This document shows, in pieces, positions 49,308-58,641 of a stretch of DNA of 64,000 bases. Within the stretch, counting starts at the first letter, position 1. Every line of letters starts with the position of its first letter. The position numbers and the translations under genes are program-made. The stretch spans positions 11,121 to 75,120 of IMG/VR virus record IMGVR_UViG_3300006930_000001, one strand, 5' to 3'. The notes below the pieces were generated by a model, which searched no databases, had not been told where the DNA came from, and saw only the letters and a program-made list of their open reading frames with translations. This DNA is from a virus (taxonomy: Duplodnaviria; Caudoviricetes).

Positions 49308-49334
49308 TCTCTGCCGTGGGTAGAGATCTTTTTT
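49308..49334 (+). terminator. Hairpin plus oligo-T ending the ncRNA locus
   Basis: TCTCTGCC-GTG-GGTAGAGA followed by TCTTTTTT. Confidence 0.55.
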
Positions 49335-49358
49335 ATTGCTTCTTATCAAAGTTAATAT

Positions 49359-49817
49359 ATGCCAATTTGCAATAAGGGAATAAGAGGTTGTGTAATCTGC
49401 CAGAACAAGAAGATATCGGATATTGTGGATCCTATCGTCTTTGGTGCAGAAATGAAGATGGCAGACCTCAAGGAAAAACTTGAGAATCAGTATGGTTTAA
49501 TGTGTGAACTTACTGAACTAAAGGCTCATGCACGCCATGTATTTTTCATTGATTCTGATTCTATTGACAAAGTTTCTGAAAAAAAGAAATATGTTATAGA
49601 ATCAAAAACGATAGACATCATAAATGATGAATTGGCCGAATTGACCACTGCTATGGAAGGCTACAGGAGAAATGGCCAGGACAATACCCTTGAGTTCTCT
49701 AAGATGCAGAAGACCATGATCGAACTTCTGAACATGCGGGCAAAGATCGAGGGAGAAATCTCTGATGGTGTCATTGTAGTGCCTCCCTGGTTGGAGTCAA
49801 TGGATGACCAGGCTTAA
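49359..49817 (+). CDS. Putative terminase small subunit
   Basis: 152 aa with CxxC/HTH-like N-terminus and coiled coil; overlaps the TerL start. Confidence 0.55.
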   Translation: MPICNKGIRGCVICQNKKISDIVDPIVFGAEMKMADLKEKLENQYGLMCELTELKAHARHVFFIDSDSIDKVSEKKKYVIESKTIDIINDELAELTTAMEGYRRNGQDNTLEFSKMQKTMIELLNMRAKIEGEISDGVIVVPPWLESMDDQA

Positions 49818-51249
49818 ATTTTATGATAAGCCACTTACCCTTTTCAATTTAGCAAAAACTGTTCTTGGTTATAACAAAATAACTGAAAAGCATCGTAGGG
49901 TATGGTGTGATCCTCTTGAAGAGAATCTAAAACGATACCGGAGGCACCTGTATCTTAAACCCAGAGGAACTTACAAATCAACATTGTATACCGTTTCTTT
50001 TGCAATTAACCTGCTTATACAAGATTGGTATGATAATGGTGGAAAATTTACAAAAAGGATCCTGGTTGCCTCCGCTACAAATGAACTTGCAGAACAATTT
50101 GTTGGTGAAATAAAGCAACATCTTACCGAGAATGATAAACTGCATCGTGTATTTGGTTATAATCCAGTTAAAAGAGATAATCAAAGAGAAGTTTGGTTAA
50201 ATCCCCGTGTAGTGAAGAAAGAACCAAATATCAAAGCAAAAGGTGCATTGTCTTCACTTACATCGGAACACTATGATATCATTATCTGTGATGATATTTG
50301 TAATAACGATGATCGTGAATCTGAAACTATACGTGAGAAAAAGAAACGCTGGCTACAAGACCTTATCTCTATCCTTGAACCAGACGGTCTCCTGGTGGTA
50401 ATAGGGACCAGATGGCATTCAGATGATGTCTACCAAGGGATTATAGACAATAATCCAAAATTGCCACAGAGAGAACAATATCATATCGAAATAGAAGCAG
50501 TGGTAGATCCAGAAGGCAATCTTTTATTCCCATCCATTATAGACCATGAAAAAATTGAATCACTAAAAATTGAGAAGGGTCTTGTAGAATTCTATTCGCA
50601 GTATATGAATAATCCATTGCCAGCAGAAACACAGTTGTTTTCTACCGAAAGGATGTATTTCTACAGCGAATCACCAGAATCACTGGAGAAAGAAATAAAC
50701 TTTGCATATATGGATCCTGCTCTGGGTTCAATTGGCAAAGGAAAGAATGATTATATCGTTGTTCTATTCGGAGCAAAGAAAAATGGTTTCACTTTTGTAA
50801 GAGATTGCATCATTACCAATACCACAACACCAGATGCTGTGATAAAGGAAATGAAGCGTATGTATCGTATGTATGGATGTTCATACGTAGGAGTAGAAGC
50901 AAATGGCTACCAGACACTTTTTGCCAAAGCAGTAAGGGAAGAAGGAATGGTGGTCAAAGAAGTGAGGAGCAATAAGCCAAAGAACATCAGAATAGAATCC
51001 ATTGAACCCTGGGTAGCATCAGGAAAGATAAGGTTCAGATCTGACTGGAAAATCCATTATCCGAAGTTAATTGAGGAAATGGTTGTGTATCCAATTGGTA
51101 AACATGATGATGTCCCTGATGCTGTGCATGGTTTATCTGTGATGGGTTCCAGAAAATTATCAGGGATCAAGAAAGAATCGCTTCGGAATCTTGTAACAAC
51201 AAAGACACGGTTGCTTTTAGGGAGGAGAAATGGCAGAAGTCATAATTAA
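49804..51249 (+). CDS. terL: Terminase large subunit
   Basis: Walker A PRGTYKST, Walker B IICDD, IGTRWH, FYSQYMNNP, nuclease YMDPA and HDDVPDA. Confidence 0.92.
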   Translation: MTRLKFYDKPLTLFNLAKTVLGYNKITEKHRRVWCDPLEENLKRYRRHLYLKPRGTYKSTLYTVSFAINLLIQDWYDNGGKFTKRILVASATNELAEQFVGEIKQHLTENDKLHRVFGYNPVKRDNQREVWLNPRVVKKEPNIKAKGALSSLTSEHYDIIICDDICNNDDRESETIREKKKRWLQDLISILEPDGLLVVIGTRWHSDDVYQGIIDNNPKLPQREQYHIEIEAVVDPEGNLLFPSIIDHEKIESLKIEKGLVEFYSQYMNNPLPAETQLFSTERMYFYSESPESLEKEINFAYMDPALGSIGKGKNDYIVVLFGAKKNGFTFVRDCIITNTTTPDAVIKEMKRMYRMYGCSYVGVEANGYQTLFAKAVREEGMVVKEVRSNKPKNIRIESIEPWVASGKIRFRSDWKIHYPKLIEEMVVYPIGKHDDVPDAVHGLSVMGSRKLSGIKKESLRNLVTTKTRLLLGRRNGRSHN

Positions 51250-52597
51250 AGGTAAGAAACTCATAGCAGGTGTTTCTGGTATTGAACGTATTGATGGTAG
51301 CAAGACAGAGATTGGTCCTTATCAGTTTGTAAACACTACAAACCGGTTTGTCAAATACCAGCAGATGTGTGTCACTTCGCCACACGTTTTGATATCACTC
51401 ATTAAGTTGAGTTTATCAATAATCAAAGGATTTAGGATTGAATGCAATAATGAATCAAAGAAGAAAGAATACGAAGAATGGGCTACCAGGATATGTTTAA
51501 GATCAAAAATTCAAATGCTTGTTCTTCTGCTATGCAGGGATGGAACATACATTGCGAATATAACCAATCCCATTAAGGAAACATTTGATTTTAATCCAGT
51601 TCTTATGGAATTTGCCTCTATTTATCCAATTGGATATAAACCAGATGCAGAAAATGCAACACTTGTTTTACAAGCGCCATTTGATAGGATTATTATCAAT
51701 GAAGGTATTCAGAATGCAGAAGATGAATTAAAACGTGAAGATATCATATATGGTGCATTGTTCCCGTATATTGGAAAAATAAAGGATAATAGAGGTAGGG
51801 AAACATATGGACTGTATGGATTATCTATGCTTGAATCTATTGAAAATGTTCTTTGTGATTACCTGGATATTACCAGAGGATATGCGCAATTCATCAAGAG
51901 ATATGGTTTTGGAAGGCTTCATATTAATTACAAGGCTTTGGAGGAACTTATCAGGGAAGGAGAAGTCGATGAGGCAATTGATGCACTCAATAAATTATCT
52001 GAAGAACATGAACTGATAGAACAAAATGAAGACATAATTGGTGCCGGATTTGAAATAAAAGAACTTGATACTGGTGGATCCAATCCAAACATCACACAAT
52101 ACAAGGAATCCCTGGAGAAAGATATCCAGATAGGATTGCTTCAAGCACCACTTACAATGGGCAGGGCAGAGGGAACGACATACGCATCAGGCTACATATC
52201 CGAAGAAGAGCGTATGATAACTCTGGAAGGTATACAGAACATCGTAACAGAAATTGTGAACAATGAGATCATCAGGAAGCGTGAAGGTGCGCAGCCAGGT
52301 CAATCAATTGATGTCAGTATTGTATTTGACGAACTATCAAAGCCAAAGGTCGACTCGAAGGACCTTGGGGATGCCCGTGACAAAGGTGCAATATCAATCG
52401 AAGATTGGCGGTCAAGGAGTGGTTTCCCAGAGAAAAGGAATCCAACACATACGTATGCTGTTGATATCAACAGTAAGCCACCAAGCATGAACCCTGCTGA
52501 TAATGTAGCAAAACCAATCACTGACAAAACCAGTATTACGGATTCACAACGCCAGGATGGACAAAAGGACTTAAATAATAACGGTGTCAAAGAATAA
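51230..52597 (+). CDS. Portal protein
   Basis: 455 aa directly after TerL; YGLSMLE and RYGFGRLHI portal-like segments. Confidence 0.75.
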   Translation: MAEVIIKGKKLIAGVSGIERIDGSKTEIGPYQFVNTTNRFVKYQQMCVTSPHVLISLIKLSLSIIKGFRIECNNESKKKEYEEWATRICLRSKIQMLVLLLCRDGTYIANITNPIKETFDFNPVLMEFASIYPIGYKPDAENATLVLQAPFDRIIINEGIQNAEDELKREDIIYGALFPYIGKIKDNRGRETYGLYGLSMLESIENVLCDYLDITRGYAQFIKRYGFGRLHINYKALEELIREGEVDEAIDALNKLSEEHELIEQNEDIIGAGFEIKELDTGGSNPNITQYKESLEKDIQIGLLQAPLTMGRAEGTTYASGYISEEERMITLEGIQNIVTEIVNNEIIRKREGAQPGQSIDVSIVFDELSKPKVDSKDLGDARDKGAISIEDWRSRSGFPEKRNPTHTYAVDINSKPPSMNPADNVAKPITDKTSITDSQRQDGQKDLNNNGVKE

Positions 52598-52599
52598 TC

Positions 52600-52824
52600 A
52601 TGGCAAACTTACCAATTGCACCAGTGAAGAAACTTGCGAAGAATGTTGACCGGGAAGCACGTATCGGTGACGATGCTGTTGCACTTCTGATTCAGATGGC
52701 CGAGAAAACCATCACCGATGTAGCAAAAGAGGCATATTCACTTGCATCCTACACAGGAAGAAAGACCATCCAGTCACAGGATGTCCGGACTGCCTGCCAG
52801 AAACTCGGCATCAAGATCGAGTAA
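52600..52824 (+). CDS. Archaeal histone (HMfA/HMfB type)
   Basis: LPIAP...RIGDDA...A.EA..LA...GRKTI..QD aligns by eye with HMfB over its full length. Confidence 0.93.
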   Translation: MANLPIAPVKKLAKNVDREARIGDDAVALLIQMAEKTITDVAKEAYSLASYTGRKTIQSQDVRTACQKLGIKIE

Positions 52825-52833
52825 ACCTTTTTT

Positions 52834-52852
52834 TGTATCATTGACGCATACA
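52834..52852. promoter_or_regulatory. Degenerate operator TGTATCAT-TGA-CGCATACA
   Basis: GTAT-N9-ATAC core 8 nt upstream of the helicase ATG. Confidence 0.4.
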
Positions 52853-52860
52853 TATGCTGT

Positions 52861-54327
52861 ATGTCGTCTAAACTTGACGAAGCAAACCAGTTGTGCGAAG
52901 AAACACTCGGAAAACCATATTTCGAGATATTTGACGACGCAGATTCTTCTGATGCAGAAATAGAAGCAAATATGGTTCTTCTGCGAAAGAAGACAGAATT
53001 TGTTAGTAGAACAAAGTTACCACCAGAACCTGCTGACTCGTATCTTGATTTGTGGCGCAAATATTGGAATTCTATTGTTATACGCCAACCACTTACCTGT
53101 GAAATGTATGCTATGTGCGCAGGTTCACAATTACTCAAACACGTTACCGTTGTGAAGCAGGGAGGTGTAGAAGAAGATATCAGAGTGAATCCATGTATCA
53201 TCATGCCATCAGGAACTGGAAAATCTGAAGGCAATGATATTCTTGCTACATTTGCCAGGCAGATAGGACTTGTATTCACATCGGTTGATAGATATAATGA
53301 TGCAGTTCTTGTAGGATCCGTGATAAAGGCAGCAATCGATTACAATCTAAAAAATAGAAAAAATCCTGGCGATCCTGGATATATGGATCCAGACGAAAAA
53401 GGTATCCTGCGCAAATCACATTTTGTTGTATTTGATGAAGGAGAAAATATTCTAAAGACCAGTAAAGAGACAGAAGGTGCCCAGAGATATCTTCAAAAGG
53501 CAATGAACCGCCATAATTCAGAAGGTAACTATGTATCAAATAACCTGGTCGGATATCAGATAGGAGGCTACCCAGACTGCAGTATAGTGATCACCAGTTA
53601 TTATCTGGAAGAATTTCAAGAAACTCTTCTTGATCGTGGATTGCTCCAGCGTATGGTAGTTTTGATTCAGGAAGAAAACTATGATACAAGAACTGCAATT
53701 ATTGATAGCACTATTGATGGTATACCTACTTATGAGGATATTAAGACCACGAAAGCCAACATCCGTGGATTAAAGAATGCACGCCTGGACCTTATTCAGA
53801 AACTTGTCGATGAGGCAAGGCAGGTAAGGGATTACCACATTGATACAGAATCAATGTCACTCACCAGGGAAGCAAAAGAAATCATGAAATCTGGTGTTAA
53901 TGAATTACGTGAATTAATGCCATTCATGACAGGTCAAAAACAGATCTGGGAATCTATGGTTACTCGTATGGCTATAAATCTCCTTAAAATATCTGCAATT
54001 CATGCAATGGTAAATTACCGGAAATATGTTGATGTTCCTGATGTTCTGTATGCTACAAATATCATGATTCAGACAATGACATCTGTAGGGTTCTTTTTAC
54101 GTGAACACGTTGCAACAGTCAGTGATAGAAAAACTATACAGATACATACATTACTCAAGCGCAAGTATGTTGGTGAATCGTTCCCAAGCATGAAATGGGT
54201 CGCGCTCATAATGGAGGAATTTCATTTCCAGGAGAATAAAGCCAAATATATCATCAAAAACCTTGTGGAGAATGGGAAGTTCAAGGAGATCAAGAAAGAC
54301 GGCAAAAATTGTCTTCTCATTCAGTAA
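52861..54327 (+). CDS. MCM-like AAA+ replicative helicase
   Basis: Walker A PSGTGKS, Walker B VVFDEG, Arg finger RGLLQR, C-terminal winged helix. Confidence 0.7.
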   Translation: MSSKLDEANQLCEETLGKPYFEIFDDADSSDAEIEANMVLLRKKTEFVSRTKLPPEPADSYLDLWRKYWNSIVIRQPLTCEMYAMCAGSQLLKHVTVVKQGGVEEDIRVNPCIIMPSGTGKSEGNDILATFARQIGLVFTSVDRYNDAVLVGSVIKAAIDYNLKNRKNPGDPGYMDPDEKGILRKSHFVVFDEGENILKTSKETEGAQRYLQKAMNRHNSEGNYVSNNLVGYQIGGYPDCSIVITSYYLEEFQETLLDRGLLQRMVVLIQEENYDTRTAIIDSTIDGIPTYEDIKTTKANIRGLKNARLDLIQKLVDEARQVRDYHIDTESMSLTREAKEIMKSGVNELRELMPFMTGQKQIWESMVTRMAINLLKISAIHAMVNYRKYVDVPDVLYATNIMIQTMTSVGFFLREHVATVSDRKTIQIHTLLKRKYVGESFPSMKWVALIMEEFHFQENKAKYIIKNLVENGKFKEIKKDGKNCLLIQ

Positions 54328-54335
54328 TCTTTTTT

Positions 54336-54354
54336 AGTATGCAAGTGTAATACT
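54336..54354. promoter_or_regulatory. Operator AGTATGCA-AGT-GTAATACT
   Basis: Arms identical to the reverse complement of the 46118 site; 7 nt upstream of ATG 54362. Confidence 0.65.
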
Positions 54355-54361
54355 GTATGTC

Positions 54362-55429
54362 ATGTCGTATGAAGAACAGATCAGACAGTTGTCTGATAAG
54401 ATCATGGAGGATTTTGACTCCATGTGGGCAGTATTCAATGAGAAAGTCGAAGAATATCTTGCCATCGATGTTCCACAAAAGAAGGCAGAGATGGTTGCCT
54501 TCAAACAGTTAAAAGGTTCATACCAGGCAGCACTTCGGTCAAAGGCGATTCCAATGGAAGGCTTTGTAGTCGGGTTGACCAAAATTGTTGATCGTTCAAA
54601 CCGGGAATACAGGGAGGCTATGAAAGTCCTGGAGGACCTGAAACAAGAGAACCTTTCTGCATGGATCAATATTGGCATGAATCGTGGTATCTGTGATGCA
54701 GAAGGCAATCCTCTGTATTGTCCAGAGAATACCAGCGAGAAACAGAAGTGGCTCTGGAAACAGAAGATACCAGAACACCGATGGGAACGATCTGCGTTCG
54801 GGTATTTCAGACCAATCATCAAGGAAGATGGTGTCCAGGTAAACAATGCTCTGAAACCTGGTGTGATATATATCAGAGAAACAGAGAAGCATGTGCTGGT
54901 CCCAGGTTCAGCATATCGGTTCAGAGCCGGATGTTCAGCACCAGAAGCAACCGTTCTATCAATATCCACCGCTACACAGACAGAATTCGAAGAGACCGGC
55001 AAGGTGAGTTATGATGTTGTCATGAAGATGGTCAAGGAATTTGGCAATCTTGCTCCGTTCATTGATGTATACAATCCAAATTCCGACAATAAGATCGAGA
55101 TGCCGGAAGGTGTCAAGTTCTATGCAACAGAGGCTACTGTTGTATCGCTCACTGCAAAGCCAGAGAATTCAAATGACTCTGTAGAATTCCAGTCACTGAT
55201 GGACGATGATGTCGATCAGAACATTCGTATGACCGTTGTCAGGGAAATGGATACCTGTTTTGAGAATGCCATCGGTCTGGTAATCTATCGTCCGTATATG
55301 ACCAAGCCAGACGAGGAGAAGGGCAGAGAGGCTGAACCATCCGGTGAGATCGTAGGATTCATCCCAGATCCAACAATGTGCATTCCCCCGAAAGAAGTCA
55401 AACAGGTGAGTGCAAGTGACTTCGACTGA
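54362..55429 (+). CDS. Putative ssDNA-binding protein (RPA-like)
   Basis: Helical N-terminus, beta-rich body, acidic tail (ASDFD); position in the replication module. Confidence 0.4.
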   Translation: MSYEEQIRQLSDKIMEDFDSMWAVFNEKVEEYLAIDVPQKKAEMVAFKQLKGSYQAALRSKAIPMEGFVVGLTKIVDRSNREYREAMKVLEDLKQENLSAWINIGMNRGICDAEGNPLYCPENTSEKQKWLWKQKIPEHRWERSAFGYFRPIIKEDGVQVNNALKPGVIYIRETEKHVLVPGSAYRFRAGCSAPEATVLSISTATQTEFEETGKVSYDVVMKMVKEFGNLAPFIDVYNPNSDNKIEMPEGVKFYATEATVVSLTAKPENSNDSVEFQSLMDDDVDQNIRMTVVREMDTCFENAIGLVIYRPYMTKPDEEKGREAEPSGEIVGFIPDPTMCIPPKEVKQVSASDFD

Positions 55430-56306
55430 AGTGACCTTTGGTGTTGATGTGGGTGAACCCACCACACCTTCTGCAAAGAAAGAAGAAAAGATGCATGAAC
55501 TTGAGGAGAAACAATCACGGGTAAAAGAACTGATAGCAAACAGGCCAGAATTTTCATTTGATGATGAAGATGATGATGGATTAAACGGAATCACAGTTTT
55601 CTCTGTGTATGGATTGAAAAATGATGGAAAGACGGTCATATGTTACGGTATACCGGAAAATGGAGAAAGGGTCCTGGTGATCTCATTTGATCATATGTCC
55701 GGTGCTGCAACAAAACTGCCGTTTATTACAAATGCAGGTCTCGAATTCAAGATAAAGGATGGTCTAAAATTCATGGATCGTTCAACACTTGAAACTCTGC
55801 AGGAGACATCTGATATATCGTATGGATATTTACTTTTCCTGCTTGCAGAAGCAAAGAAACAGTTCAATCCTGATTGGATTATATTTGATGGCACCGAAGT
55901 TCTGAATACGATTCTTGAACAGGTAATGAGATTACGCAATAAACTCATGCCATACCAGGGAATTTCAAACCTGAATGTCTGGAAAGAACGAAAACAGTAT
56001 ATCGATGACATACATGCAAAAGCGGTAAAATGTGCAAACAAAGGTGTCATCTACACGATGTATACTGACCAGCATGAGGTAGTGGACAAAGAAGGACAGG
56101 TCCTGCGTAAAAAAGACATACCAAAATGGATTGGATCGGTAATGCGTGAAACCCATATCGTTATCAAAGGTGATGCAGTATTTGAAAAGGGTTCTCGCCA
56201 CTACTATGCCATAGTAGAAGGTTCAAAGAAGCCAGATATGTTTCCCGATGGCAAATATGATGTCACCAACAAGAGACTGCGGGATGTGGTATGTCGGAAC
56301 TTGTAA
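55410..56306 (+). CDS. P-loop ATPase (AAA_24/Sak4/RecA-like)
   Basis: VYGLKNDGKT Walker A; WIIFDG Walker B. Confidence 0.7.
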   Translation: MQVTSTEVTFGVDVGEPTTPSAKKEEKMHELEEKQSRVKELIANRPEFSFDDEDDDGLNGITVFSVYGLKNDGKTVICYGIPENGERVLVISFDHMSGAATKLPFITNAGLEFKIKDGLKFMDRSTLETLQETSDISYGYLLFLLAEAKKQFNPDWIIFDGTEVLNTILEQVMRLRNKLMPYQGISNLNVWKERKQYIDDIHAKAVKCANKGVIYTMYTDQHEVVDKEGQVLRKKDIPKWIGSVMRETHIVIKGDAVFEKGSRHYYAIVEGSKKPDMFPDGKYDVTNKRLRDVVCRNL

Positions 56307-56485
56307 GGATCACAGTTGGTCTGGATCCTGATACCAATGCAAAACTAAACGAACTGGATGTTATACTTGGTTCAAATAAAAGCAATGTTGTCAGGATTTG
56401 CATAAACAGGCTTTACAAACGTATCGATGAATTAAGAGAAATAATGGAGAAGGACAATGCACCAATCGACCTTAAAGACCTTTAA
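56291..56485 (+). CDS. Ribbon-helix-helix transcription factor
   Basis: RITVGLD...KLNEL...GSNKSNVVRICI. Confidence 0.75.
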   Translation: MSELVRITVGLDPDTNAKLNELDVILGSNKSNVVRICINRLYKRIDELREIMEKDNAPIDLKDL

Positions 56486-57131
56486 TGATCTTACTGAAGG
56501 CCTCACCACATCAGGAGATTATGAGGCTCATAGTGACAGCGAAGGCAATCTTGTTGCAAATATCAAAGCATTTGATATGACCGGTGTAATTTACTTATGT
56601 CTTCCGGGAGTTCCGGATATTCATATGTATGCCAACCAGAAGACGATAGACAAGTATATCGATCTTTTTACCAATCCGATTGATATTCGGACCAGCGAGG
56701 ATTCGATTCTTATCTTTAATGATGAACTGGAAGTTCTCATGCCAATGGTGGCAAAGGAGAATGCAGAAAAATTTACTGGTAAACTTCAGGCACCAATAGA
56801 TTATTCTGATGCCCAGGTATTTTCGATTCCACTTGATGCAATTGCTACCATATTCAAAGCATCCAAGAAACAGGATGATATGAAGATATTCTTTGATATG
56901 GGAGATTACCTGACCATAACCTGTGGAAAGGTGAAAAGAAAACTCAAGGAGATCACCGGGAAGCCAGGAAAGTGGACATTCAAATTTGATGTCCTGGAAC
57001 GTATGATCGGGAAAGCCACTTCTCCTGTGGTATTTACTCTAAAAAATTCAGTTACACAATTCCCTGGAAAAATTGAATACCAGGCCGGTCTTGTGAAAGT
57101 GGAAGCATACATCATGGGGATGGAAGAATGA
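56457..57131 (+). CDS. pcn: PCNA sliding clamp
   Basis: 224 aa with IKAFDMTGV..LCL, two-domain beta repeat and YIMG end; next to RFC. Confidence 0.7.
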   Translation: MHQSTLKTFNDLTEGLTTSGDYEAHSDSEGNLVANIKAFDMTGVIYLCLPGVPDIHMYANQKTIDKYIDLFTNPIDIRTSEDSILIFNDELEVLMPMVAKENAEKFTGKLQAPIDYSDAQVFSIPLDAIATIFKASKKQDDMKIFFDMGDYLTITCGKVKRKLKEITGKPGKWTFKFDVLERMIGKATSPVVFTLKNSVTQFPGKIEYQAGLVKVEAYIMGMEE

Positions 57132-57265
57132 GTAACGAAACTGTAACCATATCAAAAGAAGAATATGATCGTCTTCTTAAAGCGGAAGAGACCCTTACTG
57201 CACTTGAATCTCATGGTGTTGATAATTGGGATGGATACAGTGATGCTATGGAGGATGTATCATGA
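57128..57265 (+). CDS. 45-aa conserved phage-type protein
   Basis: VTISKEEYDRL...LE..GVDNWDGY pattern; ATGA overlaps. Confidence 0.6.
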   Translation: MSNETVTISKEEYDRLLKAEETLTALESHGVDNWDGYSDAMEDVS

Positions 57266-58119
57266 TAAAGGACCAGTTATATACCGAAAAATACCGTCCA
57301 GGTAAATTTAGTGAGATTGTGGGTCTCACAGTCGATCTCACGAAACTTGATAGTTTACCAAACCTTCTCCTGGCAGGAAGATGTGGTATTGGAAAGACTA
57401 CGCTTGCAAAAGTGATTGCAAAGGAATACAATTGTGATGTGCTCTACCTGAATGCATCTGATGAACGTGGAATTGATATGATACGTGGAAAGGTGAAGGA
57501 ATTTGCATCCACGATGTCTATCAACAAACGTGTCAAATTGGTTCACTTTGATGAGGCCGATGGTCTGACATTCGATGCACAGAATACCCTGCGTAATATC
57601 ATGGAAGAGTATTCCAACAATACCAGGTTTGTGTTCACCTGTAACAATGTCGCAAAGATCATTGAACCAATCCGGTCCAGGTGCATGGAGATCAATCTTG
57701 CCACGCCACCAATGCCGGACATCGAGGTTTACCTGGCACGCATCATAGGGGCTGAAAATATCCCGATCCCTGCACAAGACGTATCAAACATCATCTCGAT
57801 CAATTACCCGGATATACGTAGCATGGTGAACGCACTACAACACTACGCTATGTTTGGATCGGTCCCATCGAGCAATCATACTCTTGCCAATGATATCCTC
57901 GGTTTTGTAAGGTCAGGTAAGTTTCTGGATGCAAGAAAACAATGGATCGCTGCAGCACCAGATTACAAGAACCTCCTGGTGGACATGACTGATCTGATGA
58001 CAGATACGGAGATCGAGAAATGGGTAATCACCATTGCCAAATACTCGTATGAGATGTCGATTGGAGCATTTCCGGAGATATCGTTCGCAGCATGCATTAA
58101 AACAATGTGTGACAAATGA
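57262..58119 (+). CDS. rfcS: Replication factor C small subunit (clamp loader)
   Basis: EKYRP, GRCGIGKTT, LNASDERGID, DEAD, PIRSRC. Confidence 0.93.
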   Translation: MIKDQLYTEKYRPGKFSEIVGLTVDLTKLDSLPNLLLAGRCGIGKTTLAKVIAKEYNCDVLYLNASDERGIDMIRGKVKEFASTMSINKRVKLVHFDEADGLTFDAQNTLRNIMEEYSNNTRFVFTCNNVAKIIEPIRSRCMEINLATPPMPDIEVYLARIIGAENIPIPAQDVSNIISINYPDIRSMVNALQHYAMFGSVPSSNHTLANDILGFVRSGKFLDARKQWIAAAPDYKNLLVDMTDLMTDTEIEKWVITIAKYSYEMSIGAFPEISFAACIKTMCDK

Positions 58120-58269
58120 ACAGAAAAATAATATGCTCTTTTATGAGCAGACCGGTAATAACAAAGATTTACCCTGGTGGCAGGGTAGAATCAGAATTTT
58201 TCAGAGTGGAATGCTTCTCTGAATGTTCAAGTAATGTATTAGGAAAATGCACCAGAGAAAGGAAGTGTA

Positions 58270-58641
58270 ATGATGACCCAGAAGAAAATGGTTTCAGATA
58301 AGCCAAAAGAATCCGGTATACTGTTCGAAGTCGATGTAGAAGAACAGGTTCAAGAAGAACAGCCAGCAGAAAATGCAGAAGTTATAGTTGATGAATCTCC
58401 TGTAGAAGAAACACCATCAACCGATGCATTTGACAGTTATTTCAGGGATCGCAAGATTCAGTTGGATATGATAAACAAGCCAGAGAATGGATGTTTTGGA
58501 GTATTCCAATTGTATTGCAGAAGAACCGAAAAATCGTGCGATAACCGTGGATTCCAGGAGAAGCACCCGGCCACAATGCTTGCCAGGTGTCTGGTATGCA
58601 AGGACATTGGTGTCAGACTGGTGCCAAATGATACTTGCTGA
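58270..58641 (+). CDS. Hypothetical protein (acidic N-terminus, Cys cluster)
   Basis: 123-aa ORF. Confidence 0.5.
   Translation: MMTQKKMVSDKPKESGILFEVDVEEQVQEEQPAENAEVIVDESPVEETPSTDAFDSYFRDRKIQLDMINKPENGCFGVFQLYCRRTEKSCDNRGFQEKHPATMLARCLVCKDIGVRLVPNDTC

Larger units (their letters stand above)
48455..49334 (+). ncRNA. Large structured non-coding RNA locus
   Basis: Near-continuous stems, e.g. 48457-67/48495-505, 48536-42/48559-65, 48571-87, 48600-18, 48655-73, 48872-78/48971-77, 48907-31, 48986-49026; three T-arm motifs; no credible ORF. Confidence 0.7.

Noticed and set aside
49226-49330. HDV-like (theta) ribozyme after the tRNA-like gene
   Set aside because: I could not thread the P1/P2/P3/P1.1 double pseudoknot; a covariance search would be decisive
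52532-52542. Operator half-site AGTATTACGGA in the portal gene
   Set aside because: Coding context with no matching right arm
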